Positions 11,528 to 21,487 of a stretch of DNA of 47,059 nt are shown one piece after another; the stretch's first letter is position 1, and each line of letters opens with the position of its first letter. The DNA comes from a virus. Its lineage: Duplodnaviria; Caudoviricetes. Position numbers and translations under genes: made by a program. The notes below the pieces were generated by a model. The model ran no database searches and was not told where the DNA came from. It saw only the letters and a list, made by a program, of their open reading frames with translations. The stretch covers positions 1-47,059 of IMG/VR virus record IMGVR_UViG_3300033414_000002. One strand, given 5' to 3'.

Positions 11528-12078
11528 TGGAATATAATGATTGTTTAAATTATCAGGACGACTATTATATACTTGATGATGATGAGTTATTTTTGTTGGA
11601 CGATAATCAGATTATTGAACGCATGGAAGCGCAGAATAAACGTAGGAATCCGGCAACGATAAAGAGAAATAATACAGGCATTGATTAAATGAGCACAGCA
11701 TATAATCCTAGTTATAACGTTAGCTTTAATGATTCAAATGAATTAATAATTTCCAATGTTGGTAGTGCAAGTAATTATTATCCTATTTTTGCAAGTTATG
11801 ATGATATTGAAATAGAAAAAAGCAATATCCACATAAACAAACAACGCGCACAATCTAAAATTAATGGTAAGAATAGTCGGTGGTGTTAGATGAAATGTCC
11901 AGTTTGTAATAATAAAGAAGTCGATATAATGTTTGGATGCGGTATACAAAATTGTGGGCAAGAAAATGAGAAGGTAATAAGAACATGGGGATGCGTTAAA
12001 TGTAAATCAGTAGGAGACATTGAATATGTTATTTCTGATATTACGATTATTTCAAAAAGAGGAGTTAGAGTTAAATAA
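11527..12078 (+). other. Three small hypothetical CDSs (11527-11688, 11689-11889, 11890-12078 with CxxC pairs)
   Basis: Abutting ORFs after the portal, followed by a terminator. Confidence 0.6.
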
Positions 12079-12094
12079 AGCATTCAATAGTATT

Positions 12095-12129
12095 AAGCCC
12101 ATAGTATTTTTATTATGGGCTTTTTTATT
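12095..12129 (+). terminator. Intrinsic terminator
   Basis: AAGCCCATAGTA..TATTATGGGCTT followed by T-run. Confidence 0.8.
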
Positions 12130-12218
12130 GCCTAAAATTTATGTTAATTATTGACAATATTGCTATTTATCTATCTATAAGATAGAATCAGTCATTTTAA
12201 ATAATAGATATAATTATC

Positions 12219-13385
12219 ATGGACTATAATAAGTTAGCTGAATACGCAACAGATAGACAAAAAGAAATATTATTAGCTATACAATCAGAGGGTGGAATAC
12301 GAAAGGCCGCGACAAAACTAGGATTAAGCAAATCTACAGTTAGCGAATCAAGACAGAAGGTAATAAAAAAAGCTGCACTCATGGGATATTCTCCAGAACA
12401 CAACCTAGTTCATCCTGTACCCGATGGCTTCAAGCTCAAGGGTACTAGCACCATGTACGACATGGATACAGGTGAGGCCAAGATACAGTGGGTAAAATCA
12501 ACTATCGATAGCGAACGCCAAGAGCAAATGATGCGTGAGGTAGTTAATGCTCTAATCGAAGAAATACCACCAGAAAAAGCAGTAACTCCACCTAAACACA
12601 CGCTTGACAATCTATTAAATGTATATGTTATAACTGATTTTCACCTTGCCGCCAAGGTATGGGGCGAAGAATGCGGTGCAGATTGGGATATGAACATAGC
12701 AGAGGATACATTAATAAAATGGTTTTCAGCGGCAATTTCATTATCACCAGATGCAAAAACAGGCGTATTCGCTCAACTAGGTGACTTTGCTCACTTTGAT
12801 GGACTTCTAGCAATAACACCAACAAGCGGCAATATCCTAGATGCCGACACCAGATTCCAAAAGCTTGTACGCGTATTAATTCGTGTTATACGTCGAGTAA
12901 CAAGCATGTTACTTGCAAAGCACGAACATGTCCATTTGCTTATGGCTGAGGGAAATCACGATCTTGCATCTAGCGCATGGATGAGGGAGCTATTCTATTC
13001 ATTATATATCGATGAGCCACGCATTACGGTTGATACTAGACCAGACCCTTATTACATGATTGAGCATGGCAAGACATCGTTATTCTTTCATCATGGGCAT
13101 AAAAAGCGCATGAATGGACTGGAGACTGTATTTATTGCAAAGTTTAGAGAAGTATTCGGGCGCACTAAGTTTTCCTACGCACATACAGGGCATTTACATC
13201 ATGATGTACTGCGAGAAACAAACACCATGAAGATAGAGCAGCATAGGACTCTAGCAGCTCCAGATAGCCATGCTAGTCGTGGCGGTTGGTTGTCAGGTCG
13301 GGATGCTAAGGTAATCACATATTCGTCTGAGTTTGGTGAGGTGTGCAGAAATACCGTGTCTATTGATATGCTAAATGCAATTTAA
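12219..13385 (+). CDS. HTH + calcineurin-like metallophosphoesterase
   Basis: N-terminal HTH (IRKAATKLGLSKSTV); motifs DFH, GD, GNHD, HGH, GHLHH; own promoter TTGCTA-17-TAGAAT. Confidence 0.85.
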   Translation: MDYNKLAEYATDRQKEILLAIQSEGGIRKAATKLGLSKSTVSESRQKVIKKAALMGYSPEHNLVHPVPDGFKLKGTSTMYDMDTGEAKIQWVKSTIDSERQEQMMREVVNALIEEIPPEKAVTPPKHTLDNLLNVYVITDFHLAAKVWGEECGADWDMNIAEDTLIKWFSAAISLSPDAKTGVFAQLGDFAHFDGLLAITPTSGNILDADTRFQKLVRVLIRVIRRVTSMLLAKHEHVHLLMAEGNHDLASSAWMRELFYSLYIDEPRITVDTRPDPYYMIEHGKTSLFFHHGHKKRMNGLETVFIAKFREVFGRTKFSYAHTGHLHHDVLRETNTMKIEQHRTLAAPDSHASRGGWLSGRDAKVITYSSEFGEVCRNTVSIDMLNAI

Positions 13386-13448
13386 ACGTGCATTTATTTT
13401 TTATTGTGGTATTATTTAGCTTTAAAATGAATTTATAGGATAGATAAA

Positions 13449-15643
13449 ATGAATATCAATATTATAAAAATAACAATATTAAGATCACATCACGGTGCAG
13501 ATGAGTTAATATTAACAACTGAATTGCCGAACGGATGTTATCCTTATGATGGATGTTCACATTTGAAAATGACAATCGCAAAAGATTCAGCAGAAAAATA
13601 CATTGAAAATAATTTCAATGGTGTTAATTTTGAATTGATTGAGGTTTAATAAAATGAATGAAGAATTAGAACAAATAATACATGAAGAAACAAGAAAAAC
13701 TAGATGAAGTCACCCTTATGATTGTGACTTTAATATAAGACAGGCTTTTTTAAGATTTTATAAACTAGGCCTAGACGCACAAAGGGAAAGTGATTTAGAA
13801 ATTGCCAGACGTGAACATTCATCGGAAGAAGTTTACAATGCTATTCAAGATACCGGAGACTTATAAAATGAAAGCATACAAAATTGAATTATTGGTTATT
13901 GATTTTGATGGAATTGGAGAAGAAGAAATTAAAAGTGTTATTGAAAATGCTAAATATCCGAATAGATGCATATCGCCAGATGTAAAAAGCATTGAATGTG
14001 CTGATATTGGTGAATGGGATGACGATCATCCATTAAACTCATCATTAACGAGTGATGAAGAATATAATAGGTTGTTTGGAGATAATAAATGAAACATCCA
14101 CACGCAAGTTTAATTAAACAATGGCTTGAAGATACTACGCAGGAAATTGAAGCGTATTGCTCAACACCGTCAGAAAATTGTTGGATAGAATCAAAAATAT
14201 CCCAATTAATTATGGATAAAAATAAATTATATCAATTTAGAATAAAACCAAAACCCGACGAATTACTAGGCTTAAAATTCAAAGAAACTAGCGAACAAAC
14301 TTATACTTATAAGAAACCCTACCAATACGAACATTTACGGCAGGCTATTAGGGATGGGAAGAAGATAGAATATATTTGTCCTTTAACTAATACATGGACA
14401 ATGTGGATAATGAACACCACTGATGGATTATTTGAATTAAATGTTAATAATTACCGCATCCACGACCTATACAGAGAGCTTAAAGAAGCGCAAGCGAGTG
14501 GGAAACGGGTTGTATATCAAAAATCAAATGATGATTGGATTGATTTACCTATTAATTATTTAACGTGGTCATTGCCATTAGAACGATACAAAATAGTTGA
14601 GCATGATAAAGAGTCAATAATATACAATGATGTTTATGTGTCTAACAATAAATTCAGGCTAGTTAAAATAAAAATAACTGTATCCGGCATTACCGGAAAA
14701 ATTACGGCTGAGATTATAAATGAATAAAAAATTCAAAGTAAAATGGAAAACGAAAGAAGATGAATCATATTATTCATACGAATGCGATTATGACTCTGCT
14801 TATAAATTATGGTATCATTTAAAAGAGAATGGATGGCAATCATGGGTATTTGTTGAGGATGAAAATGGAAATATTAAGGATATGGGTAAAGAGCCACTGG
14901 AGGATTATTAAATGAAAATAGAAAAAAGAAGCGATATTTATCGCGAATTAGCAAGGGTTATGGATTTATGCGATGGAATTAAAAATGTTAATTATTGGAA
15001 TTGCATAAAACTACGTGGGAAAATATGTGCTATTAATCCAAGCTTAAGTAATGATTTAAATGAATATGAATTTGCCATAGCTGTCGTTGAAGATAGGCCT
15101 GTTTTTGTTGGGGATGTTCTTTATTATAAAAATTATCGTCAAAAGGCCATTGGATTAATAGGAAATGATTCATTGCAAGTTGTTAGTGATGATTGTGATT
15201 CTAAATATAACAATAAAGTAGGCGCTATCAACTTTAGTGATTTATCATGGAACCCACCAAAACCAAAAGCATTATGTCAAATTCAAGGAAAAGATATATT
15301 TAAAGGTGATATTTTATATTTCTGGCCTGAATTTAGTCATTATGGAGAAGGAAAGAAAGTAAAAGTTATATCGCATAAAATAGACGTTCACGGAAGAGAT
15401 TGTTTAATGTTTGATGTAACAAATGGATTTTACGATAAAAGATGTTTTTCTTTTACAAACAAACCAAAAACATTTAATTTAAATGGGGTTGAGCTGTCTT
15501 TGCCTGTTAAAGAGTACAAAAGAGATACTGTTTATAAAGCAATTCAAATAGGTGGTGATACATTTTGTTTTGAAACTATTGAAGATTTAAATAAAGTTCA
15601 TAATGAATTAGTTAAATTATTGTCTGGATTATCAGATAAATAA
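13449..15643 (+). other. Cluster of hypothetical CDSs (13449-13649, 13868-14092, 14089-14727, 14720-14911, 14912-15643)
   Basis: Coupled ORFs behind promoter GTGCAT-16-TATTAT (13388-13415). Confidence 0.75.
13654..13866 (+). pseudogene. 70-codon ORF with in-frame TGA (13705-13707)
   Basis: MNEELEQII..RKTR*SHPYD..AQRESDLEIA..; GAGG RBS; shares QRESD with ORF 7546-7773. Confidence 0.6.
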
Positions 15644-15651
15644 ATAGCATT

Positions 15652-15688
15652 AAAAAAGCCATTAAATTAAAAACTTAATGGCTTTATT
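15652..15688. terminator. Bidirectional terminator
   Basis: A-run GCCATTAA..TTAATGGC T-run between convergent genes. Confidence 0.75.
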
Positions 15689-15689
15689 G

Positions 15690-16063
15690 TTAATATTCTT
15701 TAATCATTGCCTGAGCATAAACTGTATTATACCTATCAAGTCCGTTAATATCTGTATTGATATTCATTGCCACGCTAACGCATCCTTGACATTTATATCC
15801 ATTACCTAACATTGCACTTACTATTATACTTAATCTAAATGGTGTTGATTCTGTTATTACGGTATATTCTTCTGTCATTTACCATCCTTACACAAATAAA
15901 TAGCCTGTTCAGGTGTAAAACCTTCTGTAATATAGGCATCGTATCTAACTTTTGATGCCTTTGCAGCATAAGCCATTAAATTAATATAATGTGGAAAATC
16001 ATCTATTATATTTTTTAATATTGCTTCATTAGTCATTTGTTTTGCTTTGTTTTCTTCTATCAT
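15690..16063 (-). other. Two small hypothetical CDSs (15690-15878, 15875-16063)
   Basis: Overlapping 62-aa ORFs. Confidence 0.65.
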
Positions 16064-16269
16064 ATTAACTCTGTATTTCTATTCAAAATATTTACGATTG
16101 CAGTCTACCATATGGCATGTTGTTTTGTTTGGATAGTTTTGTTAGTTTAATTTTTTACGATTATAAAAAATATCTATTACTATTAACCCATTTATTGTCA
16201 ATAACAATAACCCTGTTTTAATATCATGAGAAATGTAAGTTAGATATATAGTTATTATTTGACAAAGTA

Positions 16270-16929
16270 TCAAGAACATTTAGACGCTCCGCAAGATAAA
16301 CAAACCTTGCATCCGTCCATTAAAATACACGCTTTGGTTTTGCATTCTGGACAAATAGAAGCGTTATCAGGATATTTTACTTCTTCTTCATCCGTTTGCG
16401 TTGGCTCCATCTCTTTAATTAATACAGGCCATTTTTCAGACTCTAAAGCAGAATTAAGCGAATCAATATAATCAAAATACTTCAACAAACAATAGCCGAT
16501 CTCAGCAGTTAAACTCGGCATAAAACGCGGCTTTTCACCATTAGCGCCTTTTTTAGTCCAATGGCCGCCGTTAGGGTCTGCGACTTGCATTAACTCATCA
16601 GCTATAAAACGTACATTACCACCTTTACGCATAACGGCAGATATAAGCCTTGTAAGCGCAGTAATCCATTGATGATTAGATGTATCCTTACAATTGATAA
16701 AAACCTCATAAGGGTAATACATACCATCTAATTGCATGGAGTTTGTAGTAACATATATTGCGTGTTCTGATGTCGGTATCTTGATCTTGTATGTTTTACC
16801 ATGCAATTCATCATCGCGTTTTATATTCTCGTGCATTGTTTCAATAGTATTTTCTATAGGATTATTAATTCTAACGTCGCTCATTTTAACGCTATATCCG
16901 ATTATTTTTTGCGTAATTTTATTTGTCAT
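16270..16929 (-). CDS. nrdJb: NrdJb-like protein (TSCPD domain + Zn ribbon) of split class II ribonucleotide reductase
   Basis: TYKIKIPTSEHAIYVT..YEVFIN..QWITALTRLISAVMRKGG..FMPSLTAEIG..CPEC..DGCKVCLSCGASKC. Confidence 0.8.
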   Translation of the reverse strand: MTNKITQKIIGYSVKMSDVRINNPIENTIETMHENIKRDDELHGKTYKIKIPTSEHAIYVTTNSMQLDGMYYPYEVFINCKDTSNHQWITALTRLISAVMRKGGNVRFIADELMQVADPNGGHWTKKGANGEKPRFMPSLTAEIGYCLLKYFDYIDSLNSALESEKWPVLIKEMEPTQTDEEEVKYPDNASICPECKTKACILMDGCKVCLSCGASKCS

Positions 16930-17128
16930 TTATTTGTTTAGTATGGTCTTGATATGGTGGCAATTGATGAAGTATTGAGCTGAATATCAAGCCAATCCAA
17001 ACAGGCGGATTAGTTTTCCCTGACTCCCAACTTTGAATTGCTGATTTTGATAGGCCGGTATTATCTGCTAGTTGCCTTTGGCTCCATCCGAAGCGTTTGC
17101 GGAAATTCAATATATAGTTATCTTTCAT
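16919..17128 (-). CDS. XRE-family HTH regulator
   Basis: FRKRFGWSQRQLADNTGLSKSAIQSWESGKTNP. Confidence 0.9.
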   Translation of the reverse strand: MKDNYILNFRKRFGWSQRQLADNTGLSKSAIQSWESGKTNPPVWIGLIFSSILHQLPPYQDHTKQINDK

Positions 17129-17282
17129 CTAATAATTAAGTTTTTAATTCTAATCATTCTTTTATATTGAATATTCGCATGTATAACTTTTTTCGCATAC
17201 AAAAAAGATTGTTTTTTATTATTCCCACGCTCAATACATTGTTTTGCAATTCTATTGCATGATATTGTGTATGTGGTTAATT

Positions 17283-17689
17283 TCATTCCCAAGCCCCAAC
17301 AGTTAAAAAGTTTCCTGATTCATCAAATTCAAATCTAGTATAAAATCCACTGTACCCATCAACTTTATTACATAATGGAAATTCGCCATCATTATATTGA
17401 TTATTACCGAATGTTATATTTCCACTATCAGTTGAATACGAAATACCCAGCGAATCTAAAAACTGCTTTGTTCTTTCAAAGTCTGTCATAATTCAATTCT
17501 CGTTTCAATATTGCCAACTATACATGATTTGTTTTTATCTCCTACTAATTTAACATCTAGCATATTTATATATATTGAATCTATAGACATGCCGGTTAAT
17601 TGTTTAAATTCTGCTAGTTCTGTATTTATTATATTGTGCAATCTTTTTTCAAGTTTTTTCTTTTCTGTTCTTATTTCATCTATATTCAT
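17283..17689 (-). other. Two small hypothetical CDSs (17283-17489, 17486-17689)
   Basis: Overlapping ORFs with GAGGA RBS. Confidence 0.65.
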
Positions 17690-17705
17690 ATTATCCTCAT
17701 TAAAT

Positions 17706-17809
17706 TGAAGTTGGTGGAAGGAATTGAACCTTCACTAATTGGCTTCATACCATATCCCCACAATATGGTCTGTTTAAGGTCGCCTTTACCAATATCGACG
17801 CACACCAAC
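17706..17809 (-). ncRNA. tRNA-like RNA with abnormal, extended anticodon arm
   Basis: Perfect acceptor GTTGGTG/CACCAAC, D-arm CGTC/GGCG, T-arm GAAGG-TTCAATT-CCTTC; 46 nt between D and T arms instead of ~22; ends T-TCA. Confidence 0.7.
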
Positions 17810-18080
17810 ATAGATAACCACTCAGAAACATTAAGCCTTACTTTATTTTACGTAATATCGCGTGATAAAGTATTTTATGCAAAACTCTTAATGAGTGGTT
17901 ATTTATGTTGCCACTAGATATACCGCTAATGGCGACGGTTTTATGATCTATTACCCCTACTAATAGATTCATCAATATATGATGTGGATTAATTGCATAA
18001 AATTAGCGCTGTCCTTAGATATTCCCATATCGTCACAGCTTCGCCAATATTTACTGTTATTGCTCAGTTTTATTTTCTAA

Positions 18081-18386
18081 TTACTTACTAACTTTGCTTT
18101 GCTTAAAAGTAATAACTTTCTTTTCCGGTTGAGCAGGAATAGTAATTGTTTCTCCTGTTGATGGATTGCGTCCTTGTCGTTCTGGTCTATCTGATCTTGT
18201 TGTTAGTTTGAATGTGCCGAAGTTGTGCAGTCTTACATCAATACCATTATTTATATCTTCTTTGATACATCTAAATAATACATCAATAATTTTCTTTGCT
18301 TCTGAAATAGGAAGCATGTCCAGTTCTTCTGAATGATTAAGTTGCCTAGCATAATCACTAATCGTTTTTAATTCTTTACTTGACAT
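18081..18386 (-). CDS. HU/IHF-family DNA-binding protein
   Basis: VRLHNFGTF..RQGRNPSTGETITIPA..ITFK. Confidence 0.92.
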   Translation of the reverse strand: MSSKELKTISDYARQLNHSEELDMLPISEAKKIIDVLFRCIKEDINNGIDVRLHNFGTFKLTTRSDRPERQGRNPSTGETITIPAQPEKKVITFKQSKVSK

Positions 18387-18428
18387 TAATATTTATCCTA
18401 ATTTTGTTTGTTATATAAAAAATCAATT

Positions 18429-18477
18429 TAACACATATATAAGTCAAAAGCAAGCTTTTTGACTTATATATAAGTCA
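18429..18477. promoter_or_regulatory. Paired operator-like palindromes
   Basis: Perfect TGACTTATATATAAGTCA (18460-18477) and a 15/18 copy at 18429-18446. Confidence 0.65.
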
Positions 18478-18578
18478 TTATGTTTATCAGATAAATAAAC
18501 GCTTGATTTATATGTTATATTTATAGCTAAGAATATGCGTGAGGTATATTCAATAATCATTAATCGTGAGGATTAAAC

Positions 18579-19334
18579 ATGGCTTTAGCATTATCAGTAG
18601 ATTCATTGGAAGGATTGCCAGATGCAATTCATTCTTTATATGTCGAAAAAGACGGCGTTTATGTATTAGACGTTGACGGCGTACCAGATGTAACAGGACT
18701 TAAAACAGCTTTAGATAGTGAGCGTGAGCGAGCTAAAAAGGCTGAAAAAGAAAGAAAGGAACTCGAATCTAAATTCGCTGGTATTGACATCGAAGAAGTT
18801 AAAGCGATGAAGGAAAAAGAAGTTGCGTTAGAAGAAGAAAAGCTACGCCAAGCCGGACGCGAAAAGGAAATCGAAGAAAAAAAACAAAAGCTTATTAATG
18901 AAGCGCATCAAAAGGCATTAACTGAAAAAGATGAGTTTGCAAAAGCTTTAGAGATTAAAGCCAAACGTATGGAAGAAAAAGCATTAGATGGCTTTTTAAG
19001 CGCTGGTATCAATGGCTCAGGGATTCATTCATTTGCAACTGATGAAGCTATTGCTGATGCAAGGAAAGTATTTTCATTAGATGAAGATGGCAATGTTGTT
19101 GCTCTTGATGCTGACGGCGACCCTTTATTTGATGATGATGGAAAAACAAAGCTGACAATTTCTTCCTACTTTAAATCAGAGAAGTTAAAAGCAAGAAAGC
19201 CGCACTGGTTTGAGGTTAAAGGCGGCGGAACTGGAGCGCAACAATATGGCGCACCACGCAATACAAAAGATTTATCACATTTGCCTCCTATTGAGCGTTT
19301 AACAGCAGCTCGAAAGGCGGCTAAAAAAACGTAA
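18579..19334 (+). CDS. Capsid scaffolding protein
   Basis: YVEKDGVYVLDVDG..GLKTALDSER, long coiled coil, directly upstream of MCP. Confidence 0.85.
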   Translation: MALALSVDSLEGLPDAIHSLYVEKDGVYVLDVDGVPDVTGLKTALDSERERAKKAEKERKELESKFAGIDIEEVKAMKEKEVALEEEKLRQAGREKEIEEKKQKLINEAHQKALTEKDEFAKALEIKAKRMEEKALDGFLSAGINGSGIHSFATDEAIADARKVFSLDEDGNVVALDADGDPLFDDDGKTKLTISSYFKSEKLKARKPHWFEVKGGGTGAQQYGAPRNTKDLSHLPPIERLTAARKAAKKT

Positions 19335-19357
19335 TATTAACAATATAGGTAATAAAC

Positions 19358-20284
19358 ATGGCATTAACCCTAATAGAAGCAAATAAACTAAACCCAGGTA
19401 ATGTAGTACAGGATACGATTGTAGAAATTTACTCTGGTTCATCTGATGTAATGCGCTTTCTACCATTTAAAACTATTAATGGTGGGACTTATGGATATAG
19501 CACCGAGCAATCATTACCAGGAATCGGCTTCCGTGGGGTTAATGAAGCTTATACCGCATCAACCGGAGTATTGAATCCAAAAGTTGAAACACTGTCTATC
19601 GCTGGCGGTGATTTGGACGTTGATAAATTCATTATTCAAACTCGCGGTGAAGAAGAACGCTCTATTCAAGAAGAAATGAAGGTTCGCGCTCTTGGTTTGG
19701 CATGGACTCAAAAATTCGTCAAAGGTGACTCAGCAAGTGATGTCAGAGAATTTGACGGATTACAAACTCGTTTAGTTGGCGATCAGAAATTCCAAGCTGG
19801 GACAACTGCAAACGGTACTCCGCTATCTTTGGGCGTATTGGATGAAGCTATCCGTAGAACCTACAGACCTACTCACATTTTAATGTCAAGCAAAATGGCA
19901 ATTAAATTTGGCGCGGCAGCGCGTAGCTCTACAGTTGGTGGATATATTCAATATGGCATTCCTGAGCTTGGCAGAATCCCAATGTCTTATAACGGTTTGC
20001 CAATTATTACGGTTGACTTAGACGGCACAGGCGCAGAAATCCTGCCATTTACCGAAGCTGCAACATCTGGCACAGCCACAGCAACTTCAATCTATGTATT
20101 GTCTTTAGGCGATACCGGCGTTTGCGGATTGCAAAACGGTATGATTGATGTAAGAGATTTAGGTGAGTTAGATACTTCTCCTGTTTTCCGCACTCGCGTT
20201 GAATGGTACAGCACATTTGGCGTATTCCATGGCCGTGCTGCTACTCGTATCTGGTCTATTTCTGACGCTGCTATTACTGCTTAA
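19358..20284 (+). CDS. Major capsid protein
   Basis: 308 aa; FRGVNE, GGDLDVDKF, EFDGL, RTRVEWY; follows scaffold, followed by terminator. Confidence 0.9.
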   Translation: MALTLIEANKLNPGNVVQDTIVEIYSGSSDVMRFLPFKTINGGTYGYSTEQSLPGIGFRGVNEAYTASTGVLNPKVETLSIAGGDLDVDKFIIQTRGEEERSIQEEMKVRALGLAWTQKFVKGDSASDVREFDGLQTRLVGDQKFQAGTTANGTPLSLGVLDEAIRRTYRPTHILMSSKMAIKFGAAARSSTVGGYIQYGIPELGRIPMSYNGLPIITVDLDGTGAEILPFTEAATSGTATATSIYVLSLGDTGVCGLQNGMIDVRDLGELDTSPVFRTRVEWYSTFGVFHGRAATRIWSISDAAITA

Positions 20285-20307
20285 TAGATAAGTAATAGAT
20301 AAATAAT

Positions 20308-20332
20308 GGGGCGATTATATTCGCCCTATTTT
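20308..20332 (+). terminator. Intrinsic terminator/attenuator after MCP
   Basis: GGGCGA-TTATAT-TCGCCC then TATTTTT. Confidence 0.7.
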
Positions 20333-20358
20333 TAATAAACATATAGGATTTAAAACAA

Positions 20359-20781
20359 ATGGCAAATGATTATTCAAGATATACCTATGACGCTAGTCTG
20401 TCACTAAAAGCGGCTGGGCTGGTTGCAACAACTACAACTGAATCAACTATTTTAGACTTAGGAGCAGGTCTGGTTGATGGTTATTTAGTAATTGATGTTT
20501 CGGCGGTTGAAGTAGCAAGCACTGATGAGATTTATTTGATATGCCTTGAGGGTTCAAACGTGGCAGCCATGACTAGCGGCAGCGTTTCCTTGGCTTCTAT
20601 TGAGATGGGTAACGCAACAGCTCCTGCTGATGCAGACACAGGCACTGGCAGATTTGTTGTCCCATTCCGCAATGAGCAAAACGGCACTATTTACCGTTAT
20701 GTACGTATTTATACCGAAGTAGCTGGAACCATAGCAACTGGTATTAATTTTAGTGCTTTCCTTGCTGCTGACAACGATTAA
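20359..20781 (+). CDS. Capsid decoration/cement-like protein
   Basis: Beta-rich, YRYVRIY motif, directly after MCP. Confidence 0.65.
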   Translation: MANDYSRYTYDASLSLKAAGLVATTTTESTILDLGAGLVDGYLVIDVSAVEVASTDEIYLICLEGSNVAAMTSGSVSLASIEMGNATAPADADTGTGRFVVPFRNEQNGTIYRYVRIYTEVAGTIATGINFSAFLAADND

Positions 20782-20792
20782 GGCTAATTATA

Positions 20793-21422
20793 ATGACTAG
20801 AAATATAGTTGTTGAAGAAGTAGTAAATGCCAATGTCAAAGCATATAAAACTGTTGACTTAGATGCTCAAGTTAGTGCGACTGATATTGGCGTAGTACCT
20901 ACTGCCGTATCCAGCACAGTTGTAGCGACTGAGACAGGAGATCAGTTATGGCATAAAACAGTATTAACTTGTACTGCCCTGCCATTGTCTATCGCTGATG
21001 ATGCTGGCGTTGCTCAATATGGCGGGGTACAGGTCTATACATTTCCTAAAGGCTTGATTGCAACAATGGCCGCTGGTGTATCTGGCAATTTAACGCTAGG
21101 CACAACCGGCACAATCATTGACGCTTTTACCGGAGTTAATGCACTAGGTTCTGTCGTCGCTACCACTGGTGCAACTTTAGTATCAACAGAAGCAACATGG
21201 CTGCAATCTACCGCAAATGCAACAGCGGCTGCTAAAGTTGCGGCCATTAGCTCTGTATCTGTTGCAACTGATCTTACTGAGACAGGTGGCCGAGTTTATG
21301 ATGGGCGTACAACTGCTGCGCCGGTATTCCTAAACTTTGCTATCGCTGATGATGCAAGCCATACGGCAGGCACAGGCACATTCACAGGTACTATTACCTT
21401 TGTTTGGACTAAAGTAGTTTAA
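20793..21422 (+). CDS. Virion structural protein (Ala/Thr/Gly-rich)
   Basis: Composition and position. Confidence 0.55.
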   Translation: MTRNIVVEEVVNANVKAYKTVDLDAQVSATDIGVVPTAVSSTVVATETGDQLWHKTVLTCTALPLSIADDAGVAQYGGVQVYTFPKGLIATMAAGVSGNLTLGTTGTIIDAFTGVNALGSVVATTGATLVSTEATWLQSTANATAAAKVAAISSVSVATDLTETGGRVYDGRTTAAPVFLNFAIADDASHTAGTGTFTGTITFVWTKVV

Positions 21423-21436
21423 GCGTTAAATAAATT

Positions 21437-21467
21437 ATTGCCATGCTATTAGGCATGGCAATTTTTT
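21437..21467 (+). terminator. Intrinsic terminator
   Basis: ATTGCCATGC..GCATGGCAAT followed by T-run. Confidence 0.75.
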
Positions 21468-21487
21468 CAATATATAGGATAAATAAA

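Noticed and set aside
13705-13707. Selenocysteine or suppressor readthrough at TGA
   Set aside because: No SECIS-like hairpin, and UUA cannot decode UGA; probably a TGG-to-TGA mutation
17940-18002. Hammerhead-like UGAUGA followed by a stem (- strand)
   Set aside because: Lacks the leading C and the GAAA after stem II
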